From a virus, in IMG/VR virus record IMGVR_UViG_3300025141_016157, positions 96,347-160,346 of that record: a stretch of DNA of 64,000 nt. The stretch is one strand, 5' to 3'. A program made the translations under genes and the position numbers. The notes under the pieces were generated by a model, which worked only from the letters and a program-made list of their open reading frames with translations, searched no databases and had not been told where the DNA came from. Shown here in pieces: positions 58,907 through 64,000 of this stretch; positions within the stretch are counted from its first letter, which is position 1; each line of letters begins with the position of its first letter.

Positions 58907-59569
58907 ATGAAAAACGCTGTACTTATAGGAATGATAGGAATATTGCTTGGATCACCGTTAGATTCTCATGCAGATCCTCCAGAAATAGAAGAAGTTCATG
59001 CAGGACCAGAGAGAAGCTTTGAATCAATAATGAGATCTGTAGTGGAAGTTAGAAGCTTTTACGGATATGGAACAGGAACAGTTTTTGAAAAATCTGGTAA
59101 AACATATGTTCTTACTGCTGCACACGTAGTAACAGGTGTTGACAATGAGCCGATTGCAGTTTTTGTAGTCCACGGTGAAGAGCAAAAGCCGGCAACAATA
59201 GCGTATATTGATTCAGGTTCAGATATTGCCATTTTAGCAATCGATGAAATGGAGACACGAGATCCGTATAGACTAAAATTTAGAAGATCTGAAATTGGAG
59301 TAGGTGATAGGGCTGGATACTGTGGGTTTCCTAATAGAAGAGATCTTGCTTGCTTTTCTGGCGGAATTTCACATACTTCTGACGGAGTAATAAATTTACA
59401 CTCTTACGCATTCGGAGGTGCATCAGGCTCTCTTGTCGTAGACTCAAGAGGTAAAGCAATTGGAATACTTAGTGCAATTGAAGTAGCGAGGTTCTATGGT
59501 ATGCCTACACCCCTTGAAAGCATAGTATGGATAAGACCATTATCTAGGGATATTCTTGAAAACCTATAG
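58907..59569 (+). CDS. Secreted trypsin-like (S1) serine protease
   Basis: Signal peptide; GTG, LTAAHV, DIAIL, GGASGS triad. Confidence 0.85.
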   Translation: MKNAVLIGMIGILLGSPLDSHADPPEIEEVHAGPERSFESIMRSVVEVRSFYGYGTGTVFEKSGKTYVLTAAHVVTGVDNEPIAVFVVHGEEQKPATIAYIDSGSDIAILAIDEMETRDPYRLKFRRSEIGVGDRAGYCGFPNRRDLACFSGGISHTSDGVINLHSYAFGGASGSLVVDSRGKAIGILSAIEVARFYGMPTPLESIVWIRPLSRDILENL

Positions 59570-59571
59570 GA

Positions 59572-59601
59572 TTGTAAACTACAGCATTGCTAAGTTATAA
59601 T
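59572..59601 (+). promoter_or_regulatory. Class I promoter TTGTAA-N18-TATAAT
   Basis: TTGTAA 59572-59577, TATAAT 59596-59601. Confidence 0.6.
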
Positions 59602-59616
59602 TTAATGAGGTAAAAC

Positions 59617-60372
59617 ATGTACTTACAAAAAGATTCAGTCACCCCTACACTAGCTAGATTAGTAAATTTTGAAAATAAGCTTGAGAGTCTCTTCTGTGAT
59701 TTTAATTTAGATCTTAGAGAGAATACTGGCAGGAGAAATATGCTACTATCTCAGGCACAAGAGGTATTTTTTGCAGAAGCTATTTCTTCAAATGGGTACA
59801 ATGTATCATGTTCAGGAAAGACTGGTGAACCAGATATTGTTATAGAATGTATTGGAAAGGAGCTTGAGTGCAAGCTAACATCTAGCGGAAATAGATCGTG
59901 GCCGTTACAATGTGATTATACTACAATATCAAAAAAAGGAAGCCTTGATTTTTTATATGTGCTTTCAAATAAAGATTTTTCAGAGTTCGCTGTTTTACTA
60001 TTTGAAAATCTTACAGCAAAAGATTTTCACTTACCAGCACCCGGATCACGTCAGAAATCTAGAATGAACAAGGCGAACGCTATGAAAAAGTGCATAGTTC
60101 TTCATGGAGATGTTAATAATAAAAGCCAGCGACATATTTCAAAATATATCGATGATCTTTCTGAAGAAACAATGGGAAATAAGTCGAGAATTTCCGAACT
60201 TACAAGAAGGCTTGAAAATACTAAATCAGAAAAAAAGAGATTATCAATATTAAAAATGATAAAAAATGAAAAATTTAGATTTGAAAAGAAGAAAAGCAAG
60301 CTTTGTGAAAAAATTAAATACTGGACAGATTCAGGACCTCATTTTGAAATTTCGCTGGATGCAATTGCGTGA
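59617..60372 (+). CDS. PD-(D/E)xK nuclease (restriction endonuclease-like) with C-terminal coiled coil
   Basis: QE helix, GEPDIV...ELECKLT. Confidence 0.6.
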   Translation: MYLQKDSVTPTLARLVNFENKLESLFCDFNLDLRENTGRRNMLLSQAQEVFFAEAISSNGYNVSCSGKTGEPDIVIECIGKELECKLTSSGNRSWPLQCDYTTISKKGSLDFLYVLSNKDFSEFAVLLFENLTAKDFHLPAPGSRQKSRMNKANAMKKCIVLHGDVNNKSQRHISKYIDDLSEETMGNKSRISELTRRLENTKSEKKRLSILKMIKNEKFRFEKKKSKLCEKIKYWTDSGPHFEISLDAIA

Positions 60373-60492
60373 AAGAAAAGGAAACAAGGAAAATTTGCAG
60401 GATTTTTGATGATATTATGACACTAACTGGAAGTCTTGCATTAAGTGTCTATATAGTTTACTATAGTATCTTTAGATACAAAGGTAATTCCG

Positions 60493-62097
60493 CTACAGAC
60501 AGGAAAGAATACCGTAAGTAATATCTATAGAGCTTCCATCTGCTGGCGATGTTGTAAATATAACTGTGTTAGATGATTGCTCATATGTCCAATCTGATGA
60601 AATAACACCGTCAACAGTAACTGCTATCGTATCTTCAATTGGAATGTCTGATAAAGCAAATGCCATCTGTGCAAGAGATTCTCTTGCTAGCGTATCCATT
60701 GTTGTACTCCAGTCAGATGCACATATTGACATAAATGTTCCACCCAGATCACTCACTACATCGTAGTATCCATCACCAAATTGTGCGCCGCCGTTTGTGC
60801 TACACCCGGAAGGGTAATCTCCCGAGATTGCGTGTGCAACAATTAAATCTGATGAGCTCTTTAGCGAAAGCAGAGATGAAGAATAGTCTGACGGAACCAT
60901 CGTGCTTCTGTAAGTAGACCAGTCGGGTTCGTCGGAAACATATACAACAACTAGCCTAGAATGCGATCTAAAGAATCCTGTTGAAGACCCAGAAGAAGCA
61001 TCACCAGTAGTAGTAGATTCATATGCATGCCATAAACCAGCTTCCATTGCGCTACCTCGTGTCCCTATAGAGTCAACTTGAATATTAAATTCTCCAACGG
61101 GATCAGCTGTTGCATTTGTAATAACGTCTCCGACAAAATCGGCACTGTCTGTTGTTATAAGTGCAACCTGGTATGAAACACCAGCAGCATTGAAAGCATT
61201 CATAAAAGCATCAAAGTTATTCTGTAAGTTGGTTTGATTTCCACCCATGGACCCAGAGTTGTCTATAACAAAAAGAATATCAACATCTACTGTTCCATCT
61301 TGTGTAAATGAATCTAAGATCCAAGCTTCTATGTCTCCCAAACCATCTTGATCTGCGTAGGCAAGTGGTGTTGCAGGATCGTTAGAGACTATCTCTAGGT
61401 ACCCAGCATCATCATGAGTATCTAAAGGTAGGTAATCTATATTAAGATCTATAGTGTCTCCAGGAGCTACCGTGATAGGCAGAACACCCCATCCTGGCTC
61501 ATAGTCTTGCATAGAGAAGTCTACAGGAAGACTAGCGAAAAACTCTATATCAGAAATTATAAGATTTGAATTTCCAATATTCCCGACTTCTACTGAGAGT
61601 GTATCATCACAACCCAGGTAAACATTTCCAAAATCATGATAGTCAGGTGTTATTGTAATTACCGGTGCATCACCAGATCCATCAAGTAAAACATTGACAA
61701 TTGGCTCGTCATCATCATTAGAGACGATACTGATTGTATCATAATTAGTTTCATATGTTCCAGGAGCATAAGTGACAATAAGCTCAACTGAGCTTAAAGA
61801 ATCTACAATCCCAAGCGGTATCGCTGTAAGGGAAAAGTTTGAATCTCCTGCATGTAGATAGATGTTAGAAATGTTAAGATCACCATTTCCTATATTTTTA
61901 ATGTTGACAATAACATCTTGAGATTCTGATCCAGCACTAAGAGCACCGTAGTCATGATATGTAGGATCGACTTCTATTTCAGGAACAGTTATGCCCGGGT
62001 CTGATTCTTCTACATGTTTAGCAACTCCATAGTCACTTGTGCATCCAGATAGAAAAAATAGGAAAGTAAAGACTCCGACTTTAGATTTCATAAACAT
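60493..62097 (-). CDS. Lipoprotein with two Ig-like domains and a vWA domain
   Basis: Lipobox LSGC; repeated P..HD(Y/F)G...NIGN..L.IS.I Ig-like units; DILFVIDNSGSM MIDAS; VSDEPD. Confidence 0.75.
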   Translation of the reverse strand: MFMKSKVGVFTFLFFLSGCTSDYGVAKHVEESDPGITVPEIEVDPTYHDYGALSAGSESQDVIVNIKNIGNGDLNISNIYLHAGDSNFSLTAIPLGIVDSLSSVELIVTYAPGTYETNYDTISIVSNDDDEPIVNVLLDGSGDAPVITITPDYHDFGNVYLGCDDTLSVEVGNIGNSNLIISDIEFFASLPVDFSMQDYEPGWGVLPITVAPGDTIDLNIDYLPLDTHDDAGYLEIVSNDPATPLAYADQDGLGDIEAWILDSFTQDGTVDVDILFVIDNSGSMGGNQTNLQNNFDAFMNAFNAAGVSYQVALITTDSADFVGDVITNATADPVGEFNIQVDSIGTRGSAMEAGLWHAYESTTTGDASSGSSTGFFRSHSRLVVVYVSDEPDWSTYRSTMVPSDYSSSLLSLKSSSDLIVAHAISGDYPSGCSTNGGAQFGDGYYDVVSDLGGTFMSICASDWSTTMDTLARESLAQMAFALSDIPIEDTIAVTVDGVISSDWTYEQSSNTVIFTTSPADGSSIDITYGILSCL

Positions 62098-62956
62098 TAT
62101 AACCAACCTCGACAACTGAGCTGTAGTTGGGGACAAAACCGAGCTGAACTGTATTTGTCTCTTCTACGTAAGTCCAATCATGTATTGCAACCTGGTCTAC
62201 ATATACGATAATTGACTCAAGAATAGGATCTTTCTCGCTTAGAATGATATAATCTCTTAACTGTGTAAGGTAAGATGAACTCGACAGCCAGACAGACCAG
62301 TCTTCTTCGCATATATCAATTGGATCTTTTCCGTACAGAATTGCTAATTCTTCATACTTGTATCCAATATCATATGTATAGCCACATTCGCTATCTTCGA
62401 GCTGCGTTATTGTAACTACGTCATGACTGACATCTTTAAACTCATCATTTAGCCAATCGTAGAATAGATCAGCTGAGATAGCACTTTGCTCATCTTCGTC
62501 AGAAATTAAGAATAATAGAAAATCCGCCTCTGGACGCCTGAAGGTTAATCCTTCCTCTGAGTCCAAAAAAGTGTATGTGGCTCCGAACCCCTCCTCTAAA
62601 TAAGTGCTAGGAAGAAGACTGGGTGCCATTAGCATATCTATGGCTGTAGATGATGAATCATAGGGCCCAGTGTAAGATAGCTCGCTAGGGTCCATTGTTA
62701 TATATCCAAACTTATAGTCAAGCGTGAGAGATTCAATATCAATTCTTAGTATGTCCATTCCGTCTGCAACATCTTCATAGTTATCTGACATCGATCCAGA
62801 GGTGTCTAATACAACCAAGACATCTAATTCTTTTAGCTGCTCTGATTGAACATATGAATCAATAACAACTCTCACCTCTTTAGTGTCTGTCACCTGATAG
62901 TCAGGTGTACATCCACAAAAAAATAACAAAACCAGGAGTGATACAAGCTTTTTCAT
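62081..62956 (-). CDS. vWA-domain lipoprotein (paralog of 60493-62097)
   Basis: Start MKKLVSLLVLLFFCGC (ATG 62956); DVLVVLDTSGSM, ISDEDEQS, IC..DWS, shared C-terminal DWTY beta domain. Confidence 0.75.
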   Translation of the reverse strand: MKKLVSLLVLLFFCGCTPDYQVTDTKEVRVVIDSYVQSEQLKELDVLVVLDTSGSMSDNYEDVADGMDILRIDIESLTLDYKFGYITMDPSELSYTGPYDSSSTAIDMLMAPSLLPSTYLEEGFGATYTFLDSEEGLTFRRPEADFLLFLISDEDEQSAISADLFYDWLNDEFKDVSHDVVTITQLEDSECGYTYDIGYKYEELAILYGKDPIDICEEDWSVWLSSSSYLTQLRDYIILSEKDPILESIIVYVDQVAIHDWTYVEETNTVQLGFVPNYSSVVEVGYNVYEI

Positions 62957-63059
62957 AATTTGTCCTATAGAATTACGTATCACGAACTTCAATTCACTAA
63001 AAAAATATTTTACATTTAATTTGTGCTGTACCCTTGTATCACTATAATTAAAGAGCGCT

Positions 63060-63278
63060 ATGGTAAGTGTAAGGGCAAAGGTTTCGATAGGAGATCTTGC
63101 AAGACATAAATGTGGAATTAACAAAGAAACAGCAGGCATTTCTGAAAGGATCGGACTAGTCATAGCAATAAATCCCGTTTTAGGATCGGGATTTCAGTCA
63201 GCAGAAATTATGTGGTGTACTAACGGAAATATTGAAACTGTTATGCTTAACTACCTAAGACCTATAAATAAACTTTAA
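63060..63278 (+). CDS. Small SH3-like hypothetical protein
   Basis: IGDL...IGLVI..AEIMW pattern; TATAAT upstream. Confidence 0.55.
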   Translation: MVSVRAKVSIGDLARHKCGINKETAGISERIGLVIAINPVLGSGFQSAEIMWCTNGNIETVMLNYLRPINKL

Positions 63279-63285
63279 AAGTTAC

Positions 63286-63314
63286 GTGTAAACAACCATG
63301 GCTTTTATTATAAT
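63286..63314 (+). promoter_or_regulatory. Class I promoter GTGTAA-N17-TATAAT
   Basis: GTGTAA 63286-63291, TATAAT 63309-63314 before a tRNA. Confidence 0.7.
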
Positions 63315-63347
63315 AAAGGTGTAATGGAAAACAAGCTAATTACATAT

Positions 63348-63425
63348 AGGCCTATAGCTCAATCAGGTTAGAGCATCGCTCTCATAAAGCGAGGGTTCTC
63401 GGTTCGAGTCCGAGTAGGCCTACCA
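63348..63425 (+). tRNA. tRNA with CAT anticodon, probably tRNA-Ile2 (lysidine)
   Basis: Acceptor AGGCCTA/TAGGCCT, anticodon arm TCGCT-ctCATaa-AGCGA, TTCGA T-loop, encoded CCA; C4-G69/C5-G68 match known TilS determinants. Confidence 0.88.
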
Positions 63426-63491
63426 TTTTTGATATTTTATAATTTAAAAAGACCCCCGGGCACAGTGCCTAGAAACTCGAAAGGAGAGAAA

Positions 63492-63770
63492 ATGAAAATA
63501 AAAACAAATGAAAATAAGATCGCCGATCATCACTATACATCAGCAGATGCTGGTGTGATGATTAGTGGTACTTTGAGTAATATTCCGTATGAATCCTATG
63601 TGACGATGGCAACAGATGCCGGCGTCAAGATTATTAAAGAGACAGTTTATACTATGAATAGAATCAAACTCCATGATCGACTGAACAAGGTTGCTTCAGG
63701 TACTATTACAGTAGAGGAGTTTATGAATGTTGTCCAGGGTGAAGTTCTGAGAACAGCAACGGGAATGTAA
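63492..63770 (+). CDS. Hypothetical protein
   Basis: AAGGAG SD before ATG 63492. Confidence 0.65.
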   Translation: MKIKTNENKIADHHYTSADAGVMISGTLSNIPYESYVTMATDAGVKIIKETVYTMNRIKLHDRLNKVASGTITVEEFMNVVQGEVLRTATGM

Positions 63771-63778
63771 AGAAAATT

Positions 63779-63808
63779 TTGTAAACCTATCCTAGCAGAG
63801 GATATAAT
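63779..63808 (+). promoter_or_regulatory. Class I promoter TTGTAA-N18-TATAAT
   Basis: TTGTAA 63779-63784, TATAAT 63803-63808, just before a tRNA. Confidence 0.6.
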
Positions 63809-63816
63809 AGATTCAT

Positions 63817-63893
63817 CGGATCCTAGCTCAATCGGTTAGAGCAGCGGTCTCATAAACCGCCGGTTCTGGGTTCAAGTCCCAGGGATCCGACCA
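63817..63893 (+). tRNA. tRNA with CAT anticodon, probably elongator tRNA-Met
   Basis: Acceptor CGGATCC/GGATCCG (paired 1-72, so not initiator), GCGGT-ctCATaa-ACCGC, TTCAA, CCA. Confidence 0.85.
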
Positions 63894-63900
63894 CTGCTTA

Positions 63901-63976
63901 GGGTCAATAGCTCAATTGGTAGAGCACCGGCCTTTTAAGCCGTAGGTTCTGGGTTCAAGTCCCAGTTGACCCACCA
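63901..63976 (+). tRNA. tRNA-Lys (TTT)
   Basis: Acceptor GGGTCAA/TTGACCC, anticodon loop ctTTTaa, TTCAA, CCA. Confidence 0.92.
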
Positions 63977-64000
63977 TCACAAGAGAGAGAAATGATAAAA

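Noticed and set aside
63817-63893. Initiator tRNA-fMet
   Set aside because: Positions 1-72 are paired (C-G) and the anticodon stem lacks three consecutive G-C pairs next to the loop.

Overview
This window is a gene-dense, AT-rich segment of a large (jumbo-type) lytic dsDNA phage genome. It is almost all on the + strand and reads well in standard code 11. It encodes replication and nucleotide functions (DnaB-like helicase, class II RNR, DnaE polymerase, ThyX-like protein, dUTPase/dCTPase-like pair, thymidine kinase, dCMP deaminase, IMPDH, DinG-like helicase), host-like genes (ClpP, cysteine synthase, two sulfotransferases, SOD, GroEL, TilS), a holin/spanin-like cassette, two vWA lipoproteins and three tRNAs. 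Four features stand out. (1) A sigma70 factor appears split in two: regions 1.2-4.1 at 47594-48319 and a separately translated region-4.2-like HTH at 48331-48624. The window also has two distinct promoter classes, KTGTAA-N17/18-TAnnnT and AATANTTA. (2) A dNMP kinase is fused to a minimal thymidylate-synthase fold carrying the cytosine-specifying Asp, inside a sugar/nucleotide cluster, which suggests an uncharacterised cytosine modification. (3) A portable helical tag (MKIT..RIRRIIREELL.E and variants) is found on many unrelated enzymes behind the AATANTTA motif; it looks like a capsid-targeting and cleavage signal. (4) A 1562-aa protein strings together HIGH-NTase, KxDG ligase-like, pol-beta NTase and PD-(D/E)xK domains, separated by copies of that tag. 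All family calls come from motifs recognised by eye; no database searches were run.
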